From the NCBI GenBank assembly GCA_964357615.1, contig CAYHMC010000002.1, forward strand, positions 71,481 through 135,480: a stretch of 64,000 bases of DNA. Direction: 5' to 3'. Both the position numbers and the translations under genes were made by a program. Below, piece by piece: positions 31,801 through 40,101 of the stretch (positions within the stretch are counted from its first letter, which is position 1; the number at the start of each line of letters is the position of its first letter). This stretch comes from an uncultured Candidatus Saccharibacteria bacterium. Its GTDB lineage: Bacteria; Patescibacteriota; Minisyncoccia; UBA6257; JACOXY01. The notes under the pieces are model-generated. The model was not told the DNA's origin, made no database searches, and saw only the letters and a list, made by a program, of their open reading frames with translations.

Positions 31801-32253
31801 GACGCTACCTGCTACTGCTACATATTTAGCTCGAGAAATCGAACCAAAATAACCAACTGCTGGTGCTACTCCATTTGCAGCCTGCCATGCGGCAACTGCG
31901 GCTTTGGTTTTTGCACCAAAGTATGAAGATTCATTGCCAGGAGAACCAGCTCCTGTTACCGAGACTTTAAATCCGGCTCCATTTAAATACTTTTGTAAGC
32001 ACATAACATCGCTTCCTGTAGAACCCACGGTGAGGGCGCGGGTAAAGTTACAAGCTGCGGCTGCTACTGATGCTCCGCCTCCAAGCTGTGCCTGTAAAGC
32101 TGCAATCTGAGCCAAAAGTGCTGTAATTTGAGCTTGAAGATCCGCAGGTGTTTGACCATGCGCAACCGGCAAGAGCATTACTGCGCCCGAGAGCCAGATA
32201 GTAGTAGTTACAGAAAGCACAGCCGATAAGGCTTTACTTTTCGTTTTACTCAT
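28828..32253 (-). CDS. Large secreted S-layer-like surface protein with a peptidoglycan-binding-like domain and Ig-like beta repeats
   Basis: Signal peptide (start moved to MSKTKSK), LQAQI..LLAQI coil, FTRALTVGSTGSDV..LQKYLN...YFG..TK.AV..WQ, S/T/A/G/V-rich repeats. Confidence 0.8.
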   Translation of the reverse strand: MSKTKSKALSAVLSVTTTIWLSGAVMLLPVAHGQTPADLQAQITALLAQIAALQAQLGGGASVAAAACNFTRALTVGSTGSDVMCLQKYLNGAGFKVSVTGAGSPGNESSYFGAKTKAAVAAWQAANGVAPAVGYFGSISRAKYVAVAGSVVVTPTPGTTPVPGTNLSLMVASDNPMSATVPKGASAVSVLKFNVMGNGVLNGLTFKRTGIGANSDVSNVYLYEGATRLTSGRSINSTTNEVSFINLALSVSGTRTLWLAIDVASAATAGNEHTFQLSASDGTPSISGTLMGNVMKIGGQTSGVATTTIVASALSSSTVGASNVQVAEFKITVSGAEDINVESIAMTQGGSISNANLSSFVLKQNDVTVATAASIGAKDLVTLVLASPLKIEKGQNKTFKLYANVAGTARSGDQIKMYFDASSDIKAKGLTYGFNIMNDISNLDSSSEAQTVELKGGDVTITFNGPISGDVAVNATDVELFNFTIATKNSIEIRNWRVDASTTNLISGEGFNDLKIWDTSNNSVVTSAVDISGNVTSTNQVFTDVFTMAAGTSKTFKITADIDPQNDNGDTITVKLAAFGASDIKNLDNNQFVATGAIVPSTNISGNQHTVQTPALEVQLSSDPSSQTLVQGSANKNLVGISLRATADTVKVSSIKIKASSTTGTLTSGEVTNLKLYDGDTQIGDTKSLDSSDLTATFNGLNLSIAKGETKTLVVKGSISNDMTDTDVFVVKISDITTDVSAVDSNGNTVTPSGTNPNGVQTVLVTVTTVGNVTVVKAADNSDSEAGLVMAGQEVILANFKFDTTNEDMTVNKLHILVSSSTSQTATTTATTDDVTAIKLFVGSTQIGATSGYSVQASGASSSIAIVENLGMVITKDVSKVLTVKGVIPAIGQSGSGADFGTNLYAHIMAAGFEAQGQTAKDVSISAASGNQKIVYKTKPTLSVSGSGLDTLGVGSKKIIKFTVAANGSGQVAWKKVQLKISVTGASITAATSANVFIRRTTGSQTNLTLASAFMATSETGATSTQTLDPQNGTTGYLTIVLSSAEEIAAGSSQEYVVLADVSGIVGGTATAAVSTNLHRAETTATTGTYGDIALTSGAHDASDSFVWSDYSVSAHTELTADWANSVLVQQLPSDSVTITR

Positions 32254-32305
32254 GTTTTTTCTTAAATTTATATAATTAATTATTTTAACGACTAATATTG
32301 GGAAA

Positions 32306-32697
32306 GTTATGCGCAACTTGTACCGACCTGCCGCCTAGCTCGTACCCCGCCTTTGTGAGGTAAAGCGGGTCGCCCCTTAAGGGCGAGCTACCTTATTTCT
32401 CCCTTAAGCAGGGAGGAGGTAGATGGCTGGCAAACAAGAACTCATAACTGTAATAACTTGAAAAATATAAAAGGTCTCGCTTTTTGGCGAGACCTTTATT
32501 GGTAAATAGCTTACAACAAAACACAAATAAAATAATACTTTTGTTTTGTTACTAGCTATTTACAAACTATTGGGCCTCACCCCAAGCGTACCAATTGGTA
32601 ATTTTTTAAGATAACCAACTTGTACTAAAATCTTCACATTTAAGTGAAAATAATACCTTTGTGCAAGTAGTATATACGATTTTTTTCTGTCAATCAA
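32306..32697 (-). promoter_or_regulatory. Long structured 5' leader and candidate promoter of the S-layer-like gene
   Basis: TTGATT-17bp-TATACT at 32697-32669; terminator-like hairpin at 32467-32499; GC-rich multi-stem domain at 32306-32448. Confidence 0.55.
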
Positions 32698-32840
32698 GTG
32701 GGAATTAATTTGAATAATTTCCACCCAAAAAGACAAAACAAACCAGCATAATACTTGCTACACTATATATAACGAGCAAAACTGCATTAAGTTACATAAT
32801 CGCATGCTTTCTAATGCCCAATTTACCACTATAACAAAGA

Positions 32841-33578
32841 CTACTTGATAAGATCTCTAGCAATAAAACTTTTCTTTATTGTATAGAAACTTGCTGGACC
32901 ACCACTACCAACTCGCTCTAAAATATGCTTATCTGTGAGTTTTTGTAAATCATACCTAAGCGTTCTTTCGCTTACATTTGGAAATGAGGCAATTATATCT
33001 TTCATTGCCGCTTTGCCTAATTCGGCAACCTTACCAGCAATAAGTTCTTGCCTATTTGAACTTTGCCCCATTGCCTGATTCGAACTTGCATCAGAATCGA
33101 TACTTTGCTTATCATTGCTATTTGCATCACTAAAAATTCTTGCCTCATTATCTGAAGTAGGTAACTTCCTGTTAGTAAACATTCTATCTAAGCCAGTAGA
33201 AGATTTGATTGAATTATTAGAATTAAATGACTGGGGTGTATCCTTAATATGTTTTTCATAATCACCTGAAAAAATATCCTCTATGGCTAATTCTAGTCTT
33301 TTCCTTTCCTTATCCTCAAGAATTAGTTTCCTTAAATTTTCAAACTGTTTATGCAAAATTTGTCCTGAATAATATTCGATTTCCCCTATTTCTTCAGAAA
33401 GAAAAACTAATTGCTCAATTATAGTTAATGCCTTTAGGGTTGCTTCAATATCTAAGTTTGCAGAAACTTCTAAAAGATAAACACTATTAGCCTCAATGCG
33501 ACTACGAATATCTTTTTGCTTGATATTCTGACTAACTCTAAATAACGCATGTGAAATTTGTAAAATAAGCTTAATCAT
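32841..33578 (-). CDS. Hypothetical protein with a C-terminal DeoR-like winged HTH
   Basis: RQELI...FPNVSERTLRYDLQKL...ERVGSGG. Confidence 0.7.
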   Translation of the reverse strand: MIKLILQISHALFRVSQNIKQKDIRSRIEANSVYLLEVSANLDIEATLKALTIIEQLVFLSEEIGEIEYYSGQILHKQFENLRKLILEDKERKRLELAIEDIFSGDYEKHIKDTPQSFNSNNSIKSSTGLDRMFTNRKLPTSDNEARIFSDANSNDKQSIDSDASSNQAMGQSSNRQELIAGKVAELGKAAMKDIIASFPNVSERTLRYDLQKLTDKHILERVGSGGPASFYTIKKSFIARDLIK

Positions 33579-33616
33579 TGGTTACAGACTACAAAAATGA
33601 GGCAATCATTGCAAGC

Positions 33617-33733
33617 CCCATTAGAAATAGGACGCAAACGCAAAAAGCGCTGTTCTTGATATTGTAATTAGATACATATTAAGCCCCTTATATTTTCCAT
33701 AAATTTTATTATGCGTCCGCAATTTCTAACGGG
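33617..33733. mobile_element. CCCG-arm mini-element, copy 1
   Basis: Arms CCCATTAGAAA / TTTCTAACGGG; GCAAGC on both flanks. Confidence 0.7.
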
Positions 33734-33803
33734 GCAAGCCCCGTAAAAAATAGGCAATCCTTAAGTCTCTGGATTGCCTATTTGGCGCAAGAAAGTAGAT
33801 TTT

Positions 33804-34547
33804 TTAATTTTTTAGAGTTAATTCTTCACTTCTTGTATTTATTACTTCTCGAGGTAGCGGAGAATTGTTTTCGAAAATAAAATATAGCGAGTTAATTAAA
33901 AAAAATGTAGCAGTTAATAAAATTGTAGAGGTAATCAAAGAAAATGGTGCGTAGGTAAATGCCCATATTAATTCTGTAAGCAAATAAGTAATAATTAAAG
34001 TTGATAACGAAAGGTTGATTGATGAATAGTTATCGTCTTTAAATTGTAAAATTGAGCGACTAAGAATAAATGTAGCAATTGCAAATGGTAGTAAATAAAA
34101 AATTATAACTCCTAGGGCAAGCGACCATAATACTAAAAAGGTTGTGATTAAAAATGTTAGTGTTGTAGCTATAAGACAAACTTCTCTTCTTCTAATAAAA
34201 AACAACTCTTTGATTCCAAGGATAAAGAAAAACAACAGGCCAAAAAGAAACATAAAAATTAGGTGGAAAATGCTTACCAGATTTTCAATTGACGAATCTT
34301 TAATTCCAGATACAAGCCAAATTTCTGAAATTTTTGTTAATACCACTAGCACTAAATAGAAAGCGAAAAAATTGTATGGCCATATTTGCGATTTAAAAAA
34401 AATAAAAAAAGCTACAACTGCAAATAACCACCAAGGAACAAAAAACCAAAGTGCCGAGAGACCAAAAGACCTACATAAAAGCGATAGGGTAGTACGGCTT
34501 AGAATAAACCTAAAAAAATTTAATACAGACTTGGGGTATTTGCTCAC
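33804..34547 (-). CDS. Hypothetical polytopic membrane protein
   Basis: About 7 hydrophobic segments; directly downstream of clpB. Confidence 0.6.
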   Translation of the reverse strand: MSKYPKSVLNFFRFILSRTTLSLLCRSFGLSALWFFVPWWLFAVVAFFIFFKSQIWPYNFFAFYLVLVVLTKISEIWLVSGIKDSSIENLVSIFHLIFMFLFGLLFFFILGIKELFFIRRREVCLIATTLTFLITTFLVLWSLALGVIIFYLLPFAIATFILSRSILQFKDDNYSSINLSLSTLIITYLLTELIWAFTYAPFSLITSTILLTATFFLINSLYFIFENNSPLPREVINTRSEELTLKN

Positions 34548-34602
34548 TTGTATAAGTATTTATCCGTATAAAGAAAACAACTCAACTAAGATTAGTGGAT
34601 TA

Positions 34603-37260
34603 TCATTTACCAATTACCAATGCATTTTCTTTAAAGTTAATTTTGACTTTATCTCCATCCTGCACTTCTCCTTTTATAATCTTATCAGCTAATTTATCTA
34701 AAATAGTTTTTTGTATAAGGCGTTTTACTGGGCGGGCACCATACTCTGGATCAAAACCTTCTTCCGCAAGGTATTTTTTAGCATCACTGCCAATAACTAA
34801 TTTAATATTTTTAACTTCGAGTCTTTTGCGAACCAAATCTAGCTGTATTTCTACAATTTTTTGTAAATCTAGTGGGGTTAGTGGATTAAAGATAATTATT
34901 TCATCAATTCTATTCAAAAATTCTGGTCTAAAATTATCTTTTAGTGAAACTAAAATTTTATCTTTATATTCCTCTTCTTCAGACTGTAGTTTTGTCTCTT
35001 CCTCTGAAAGAGAAAATCCAATATTTGACATCGCTCGTGTAATTTCTGAACCAACATTTGATGTCATTATAATAATAGAGTTCTTGAAGTTTACAGCCTT
35101 TCCCTTGCTGTCAGTTAGACGACCATTGTCTAAAACTTGAAGCAAAATGTTAAAAACCTCTGGATGCGCTTTTTCAATTTCATCAAAGAGTATAAGAGAA
35201 TATGGTTTATGCCTTACAATTTCAGTTAAATGCCCACCCTCTTCGTGACCAATATATCCGGGTGGAGACCCAATCAACTTAGAAACGGCGTGACGCTCCA
35301 TGAACTCTGACATATCAACTCTTACCAAAGCTTTTTCATCATTAAACATAAACTCTGCCAAACCTCTTGCGAGTTCAGTTTTTCCTACTCCGGTTGGACC
35401 GAGAAACATAAATGAGCCTAGCGGTTTATTTTCGTCTGATAACCCTGCTCTTGAGCGTCTTAGAGCGCTCGCAACTGCACCGATTGCCTCATCTTGACCA
35501 ACAACGCGACCACGAAGCACATCTTCGATGCGAATAAGTTTTTCAGCCTCTGATTCAAGCATTCGGGACATTGGAATTCCGGTCCAGCGAGATACGACAG
35601 AAGCGATATCCTCTTCTTTAACAGCTTCTTTTAAAAATTTTTCGTTTTTACCACCAACTCCAAAATGCTTCCTTTCGAAAACCGAGAGATCTTTTTCTGA
35701 TTGAGGCAACTCGCCATAAAGAACTTCTGCCATGCGCTCTAGATTACCTTCTCTCTCCGCTGTTTCTGCATCACGCTTTAGATTTTCGATTTTACTCTTT
35801 AATTCATGGAGGTGTTCGAAACTAATTTTTTCGGCATGCCACCTCGCAGATAAATCATCATTTTCTTCTTTGATTTTTCTTAATTCTTTATCAATCTCCT
35901 TAACTCTTTTATCATTTTCTTTAGTTTTTATATTAGAACCAGTGGTACCCTTGCCTTCCTGCGTTATCGCTTGTCGCTCTACTTCAAGCTTCATTATGGA
36001 TTTCCTAACTTTTTCTATTTCAGAAGGCAAACTTTCGGTTTCAATTCGAAGGGCGGCGGCGGCCTCATCAATTAAATCAACGGCTTTGTCTGGCAAAAAT
36101 CTGTCGCTAATATAGCGAGATGATAAATTAACTGCAGCCACTATGGCCTCATCAGTAATGCGAATTCCATGATGAATCTCATATTTTTCTTTTAGGCCAC
36201 GAAGAATAGTTACAGCATCTTCTGTTGTTGGTTCTTCAACCACAATGGGAGCAAAACGACGCTCAAGTGCAGGGTCTTTTTCTATGTGTCTCTGATATTC
36301 TCTGGTTGTGGTTGCGCCAATTGCATGAAGCTCACCTCTTGCAAGTGGTGGCTTAAGCAAATTAGAAGCGTCCACTGCACCTTCGGCGGAACCTGCGCCG
36401 ACTATCATATGAATTTCATCTATAAACAAAATAATTCTTCCAGCTGAATTTTGAATTTCTTTCATAAATGCTTTCAGTCTATCTTCAAATTCACCTCTAA
36501 ATTTTGTTCCCGCTATAAGCGAACCCAAATCTAGCATTACAATTTCTTTTCCTTTTAGTGGCTCTGGAACATCGCCAGAAATAATTCTTTGAGCTAAGCC
36601 CTCTACAATTGCAGTTTTTCCAACGCCTGGCTCTCCAATTAAAACTGGATTATTTTTTGTGCGCCTAGATAAAACTTGAATAACACGACGAAGTTCTTCG
36701 TCGCGACCGATTACTGGGTCTAATTTTCCATCTTTAGCCATCTTTGTTAAATTAACGGCATACTTTTCTAAAACTTGGAATTTTGATTCTGGGGTTTCGT
36801 CGGTTACACGCATTGAGCCACGAAGCTGGGCTAGTGTTCGCAAAATTGCATCTTTTTTTACTCCAAATTTTTCCAAAAGCACTTTTGTTGCGCTAGATAC
36901 TTCGACAAGAGCTAAAAGAAGATGTTCGCAAGAAATATATTCGTCTTTTTGTTGAGCGGCAATTTTTGCGGCAGTGTCGAGCACTCGCATTAACTCTTGC
37001 GACAGATAAAGTTGCCCAATGTTTGAACTAGAGAGTATTTTTGGTAATTTTTTTATTTCTAACTCAATTTCTTGGTGCAAAACTTCGATATTTATACCTT
37101 GCCTAACCAATATTGGCTGTACTAAAGACTGACTGTCGACAACCAATGCGGCCAAAAGATGCAGGGGCTTTAACTCTCCCTGATTTTCAGCCGAAGCTAA
37201 GTCTTGTGCATTTTGCAGTGCTTCTTGAGCTTTTATTGTGAAACGATGAAAATTTGGCAT
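34603..37260 (-). CDS. clpB: ATP-dependent disaggregase ClpB
   Basis: Two AAA+ modules (GEPGVGKT, GPTGVGKT) and a long coiled-coil M-domain. Confidence 0.95.
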   Translation of the reverse strand: MPNFHRFTIKAQEALQNAQDLASAENQGELKPLHLLAALVVDSQSLVQPILVRQGINIEVLHQEIELEIKKLPKILSSSNIGQLYLSQELMRVLDTAAKIAAQQKDEYISCEHLLLALVEVSSATKVLLEKFGVKKDAILRTLAQLRGSMRVTDETPESKFQVLEKYAVNLTKMAKDGKLDPVIGRDEELRRVIQVLSRRTKNNPVLIGEPGVGKTAIVEGLAQRIISGDVPEPLKGKEIVMLDLGSLIAGTKFRGEFEDRLKAFMKEIQNSAGRIILFIDEIHMIVGAGSAEGAVDASNLLKPPLARGELHAIGATTTREYQRHIEKDPALERRFAPIVVEEPTTEDAVTILRGLKEKYEIHHGIRITDEAIVAAVNLSSRYISDRFLPDKAVDLIDEAAAALRIETESLPSEIEKVRKSIMKLEVERQAITQEGKGTTGSNIKTKENDKRVKEIDKELRKIKEENDDLSARWHAEKISFEHLHELKSKIENLKRDAETAEREGNLERMAEVLYGELPQSEKDLSVFERKHFGVGGKNEKFLKEAVKEEDIASVVSRWTGIPMSRMLESEAEKLIRIEDVLRGRVVGQDEAIGAVASALRRSRAGLSDENKPLGSFMFLGPTGVGKTELARGLAEFMFNDEKALVRVDMSEFMERHAVSKLIGSPPGYIGHEEGGHLTEIVRHKPYSLILFDEIEKAHPEVFNILLQVLDNGRLTDSKGKAVNFKNSIIIMTSNVGSEITRAMSNIGFSLSEEETKLQSEEEEYKDKILVSLKDNFRPEFLNRIDEIIIFNPLTPLDLQKIVEIQLDLVRKRLEVKNIKLVIGSDAKKYLAEEGFDPEYGARPVKRLIQKTILDKLADKIIKGEVQDGDKVKINFKENALVIGK

Positions 37261-37267
37261 ATATTTA

Positions 37268-37588
37268 TTAACTTTGTTTTTTGTTTATAAATTTTGATAT
37301 TAACCATCCTATTAAATACAGAATAGCTAAATTTACCACTATAGTCACTGTAGCCATCGGTATGAGAATTGCTTCTGATGTTGCGGTAGGCTCGAAGAAA
37401 AATGCTAGCAAAAACCACCACACACCACTCAAACCCCAAGGCCAAAATGCTACTGGCCAAAAACCAAAACAGTCAAAGCCTATACAGGGAGGGGAATTGT
37501 AGTATAAAACAAAAACTACCGACAATAAGAAGGGATAAATAATACAAAATCCTATTCCTATTTTGGATAATTTCATTATATTCTTCAA
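37268..37588 (-). CDS. Small hypothetical membrane protein
   Basis: 2-3 TM segments; 7 bp upstream of clpB. Confidence 0.55.
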   Translation of the reverse strand: MKNIMKLSKIGIGFCIIYPFLLSVVFVLYYNSPPCIGFDCFGFWPVAFWPWGLSGVWWFLLAFFFEPTATSEAILIPMATVTIVVNLAILYLIGWLISKFINKKQS

Positions 37589-37743
37589 AAATCAATTAAA
37601 TATTAGCTTACTTCTCTATTATATCATAAATTTAGCTTTTCCTCAATAGATATAACGATAAATAGATTAAAAAATTACGAAAAAAAACAAATCTATTTGG
37701 CTACTAAAGACTTATGCAATCAAAAAAGAGATTTTTCTACAGC

Positions 37744-38313
37744 TTAAAAAAGCGTCTGGGGAATTACTGATTCAGAAAGGTTAAAAGAAGCTTTGATTGC
37801 CGCGCCAGTAACCCTGTGCGGAACAACTAAATACCCATCTTGTTTAGCCAGTTCATATAATTCTTTTGTAATTTTCACATCATTTAAGCAATAAGATTCT
37901 AATTTATCCCAATTTCCTTCATTATAAAATTTTATTGCTTCAAGGCCGTGGCTGGTTTTTCCAACCCCCAAATTAACTTGAGCCAATCTATCGAGCCCTA
38001 TGCGCCAACCAACACTCATTTCTATTTCTTCTAATAAATCAATCCTTGGAATTGTCCATAAATCAAAGTCTACATATTTATTTAAAACTGGAATATCAAA
38101 CCGATTAACCGCAAATCCCACGATACAACCTACATTTTTTAAAAATTCCCCTAATTCTTTTAATTGTGTCTCGCGAAATGAAAAATTTTTCCCCTCTGCA
38201 TAAGAATATAAACCAACAAAAGAAACCTCTAATTTATTGAGGTTATCCCTACCGCCAACCTCCGCAAAGGAATTTTTAGTTTCTATGTCTAATACAACTG
38301 TATCTTTAATCAT
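37744..38313 (-). CDS. RNase_H_2 / DEDD exonuclease-like protein
   Basis: LDIET, GF...FD, YCLNDV. Confidence 0.85.
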   Translation of the reverse strand: MIKDTVVLDIETKNSFAEVGGRDNLNKLEVSFVGLYSYAEGKNFSFRETQLKELGEFLKNVGCIVGFAVNRFDIPVLNKYVDFDLWTIPRIDLLEEIEMSVGWRIGLDRLAQVNLGVGKTSHGLEAIKFYNEGNWDKLESYCLNDVKITKELYELAKQDGYLVVPHRVTGAAIKASFNLSESVIPQTLF

Positions 38314-38340
38314 AAGTTAAAGTTTTCAAATAATTTATTG

Positions 38341-38820
38341 CTAAACATGCCTATCGGCTACAGAGCTTGCGGCATAACTATCTGGTTTAGTTTTAGCTTC
38401 AAAGTTATGGGCCCTTATCATACCAACCACTTCTTGCAACATAGCTTTTGTCGCTCCATTTTCGCCGATGTCAGCGTGAATTTCAAAATCATAATTTTTG
38501 ACATTGGCTAGCTTTAATTCGCTAAGTACTTCTTTAGCAACTTCAAGAGAAAGTAAAACTTCATTTATAATGCGGTCGCGAAGCGTGTAAAATTTTTGAA
38601 GGTCTAATCGTCTCCAAAAATAGCGCCCACCATTACCTACGCGATGCACTACTATCGCCGTTACAAAGTCTGCATTATTGTCGCGAAGTTGAAGAGAATC
38701 TGACCCAATAATGATTTTATACCTAAAGCGCTCATCGGCCTTCATGAAGTTTATTACCTCATGCACGACGCCTCTTGCATCAAGCTTTAGGCCAAATGAA
38801 GTGTTGAAAAGTTTCTGCAT
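38341..38820 (-). CDS. RNase H-like YkuK (DUF458) family protein
   Basis: IGSDS, TAIVVHRVG.GG, EIHADIG, AASSVADRH. Confidence 0.9.
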   Translation of the reverse strand: MQKLFNTSFGLKLDARGVVHEVINFMKADERFRYKIIIGSDSLQLRDNNADFVTAIVVHRVGNGGRYFWRRLDLQKFYTLRDRIINEVLLSLEVAKEVLSELKLANVKNYDFEIHADIGENGATKAMLQEVVGMIRAHNFEAKTKPDSYAASSVADRHV

Positions 38821-38875
38821 TAAAATTACGATACTCTAGTTTGAACAGAAAATCAAATTTAGTCACAAGTAAGAG

Positions 38876-39017
38876 ATGGGGACTTTGCAAATAAAAACAC
38901 GCTATGCAAAACCCCAGCGTGGTTTTGCCACTCGCTCTCGGCCTCGCTCTTCTCACTTGCGTTCGAAACCATGCCTACTTCGGCCTGCGAGACGGTTTTT
39001 ATTTGCAAGGTCCCCAT
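38876..39017. mobile_element. MITE with 23-bp terminal inverted repeats
   Basis: ATGGGGACTTTGCAAATAAAAAC ... GTTTTTATTTGCAAGGTCCCCAT (22/23 match); GC-rich core with no credible ORF. Confidence 0.75.
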
Positions 39018-39082
39018 ATCAATCAACTATTTATTTAAATAAAAAAACCGCGATTGTCGCGGTGAAATAAATTTGGTATTGA

Positions 39083-39535
39083 TTACCAAGACTCATAATC
39101 AGAAATATCAAATTCTGAGCCACACGAGCAAGTAACATCAATTTTAGTTCCAATTCCAGTGTTGGTAAATTTATACTTGAGATTAGCCCTCTCGATCGGA
39201 TCACTATTTGCCAGATTTATATTTTTACAACTTTTTTTTCTAATATGATCATTTAGTTTTCGTCTTAAATTAGAAAGTTCTTTGTCGGAAATATTAAAGT
39301 TCGAAGTTTCATCTTTGCCACTCGAAATATCCAATATTTTTTTACATTTACATACAATCTCTACTTTCCTAGTCGCTTTATTAGGATCAGTAAATATATA
39401 TTCGAGATTAGCTCCATCAGCCGGATTTTTCATCCTTCTATCTATATGCCTGCATCCATCTTTAACTGAATGATCTTCTAATGCTCTAATCAGGTTACTA
39501 GCCTCGATGTTAGTGAGGAAAAGTTGAAGTGCCAT
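39083..39535 (-). CDS. Hypothetical protein with two tandem copies of an H..C..CxC putative Zn-binding domain
   Basis: Internal repeat E.SNL...L.DH.....C...ANL.Y.FT...C.C....DIS; start moved to the ATG of MALQLF. Confidence 0.65.
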   Translation of the reverse strand: MALQLFLTNIEASNLIRALEDHSVKDGCRHIDRRMKNPADGANLEYIFTDPNKATRKVEIVCKCKKILDISSGKDETSNFNISDKELSNLRRKLNDHIRKKSCKNINLANSDPIERANLKYKFTNTGIGTKIDVTCSCGSEFDISDYESW

Positions 39536-39595
39536 ATTCTTTTTTCCCTTCTTAAATACTGCGCTAAATTTAGCATTCAAAAAAATAAAGTCAAT

Positions 39596-39713
39596 CCCGT
39601 TAGAAACAGCGATTGTCTTCAATTTGCGCGAAAAATGTTTTCTGTGAGTAAGTTAAAATCTTGTGTAGAAATTATTTAACATATAACCCCAATCGCGATT
39701 TATTTCTAACGGG
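39596..39713. mobile_element. CCCG-arm mini-element, copy 2
   Basis: Perfect arms CCCGTTAGAAA / TTTCTAACGGG; inner stem GCGATTG/CAATCGC. Confidence 0.7.
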
Positions 39714-39719
39714 ACAAAG

Positions 39720-39895
39720 AAAAAAGCCTCGGCGCGTGATGCATGCGCCGAGGCGAAATGGGCCCTGGAGGATTCCTTCGCTTCGCTCATAGAACCTGTC
39801 GCTCGCTTCACGCTCGCTCTTTGAAACCCATCGGTTTCAATTCTTCCGCATAGGGGAAACTCCCGTTTCCCCTACCCCCTTCCCAGGTTCGAATC
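39720..39895 (-). repeat. tRNA-linked repeat: duplicated tRNA-Ile2 3' end and terminator with an internal stem-loop element
   Basis: 39720-39775 repeats 39901-39953; T-arm-like inverted ends GATTC..GAACCTG / CAGGTTCGAATC. Confidence 0.7.
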
Positions 39896-39900
39896 ATATA

Positions 39901-39932
39901 AAAAAAGCCTCGATGCGCGTACGCACCGAGGC
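39901..39932 (-). terminator. Terminator of the tRNA operon
   Basis: GCCTCG...CGAGGC hairpin followed by a T-tract on the minus strand. Confidence 0.75.
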
Positions 39933-39936
39933 GAAA

Positions 39937-40010
39937 TGGGCCCTGGAGGATTCGAACCTCCGACCATCCGGTTATGAGCCGGACGCTCTAACCAGCTGAG
40001 CTAAGGGCCC
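39937..40010 (-). tRNA. tRNA-Ile2 (anticodon CAT, lysidine type); elongator Met less likely
   Basis: GGGCCCTTAGCTCAG..., anticodon arm TCCGG-CTCATAA-CCGGA, T-arm GGTTCGAATCC; CCA not encoded. Confidence 0.85.
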
Positions 40011-40019
40011 AAGGTGAAA

Positions 40020-40092
40020 TGAGCTCGACAGGATTCGAACCTGCGACCCGCGGATTAGAAATCCGCTGCTCTATCCTCTGAGCTACGAGCCC
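40020..40092 (-). tRNA. tRNA-Arg (anticodon TCT)
   Basis: Cloverleaf with GCGGA-TTTCTAA-TCCGC; CCA not encoded. Confidence 0.92.
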
Positions 40093-40101
40093 AAAGTGGA
40101 A

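Noticed and set aside
34595-36115. Plus-strand ORFs 34595..35140, 35300..35497 and 35732..36115
   Set aside because: Antisense shadows of clpB
38876-39070. 64-aa ORF
   Set aside because: It coincides with the MITE and its ATG is part of the terminal repeat
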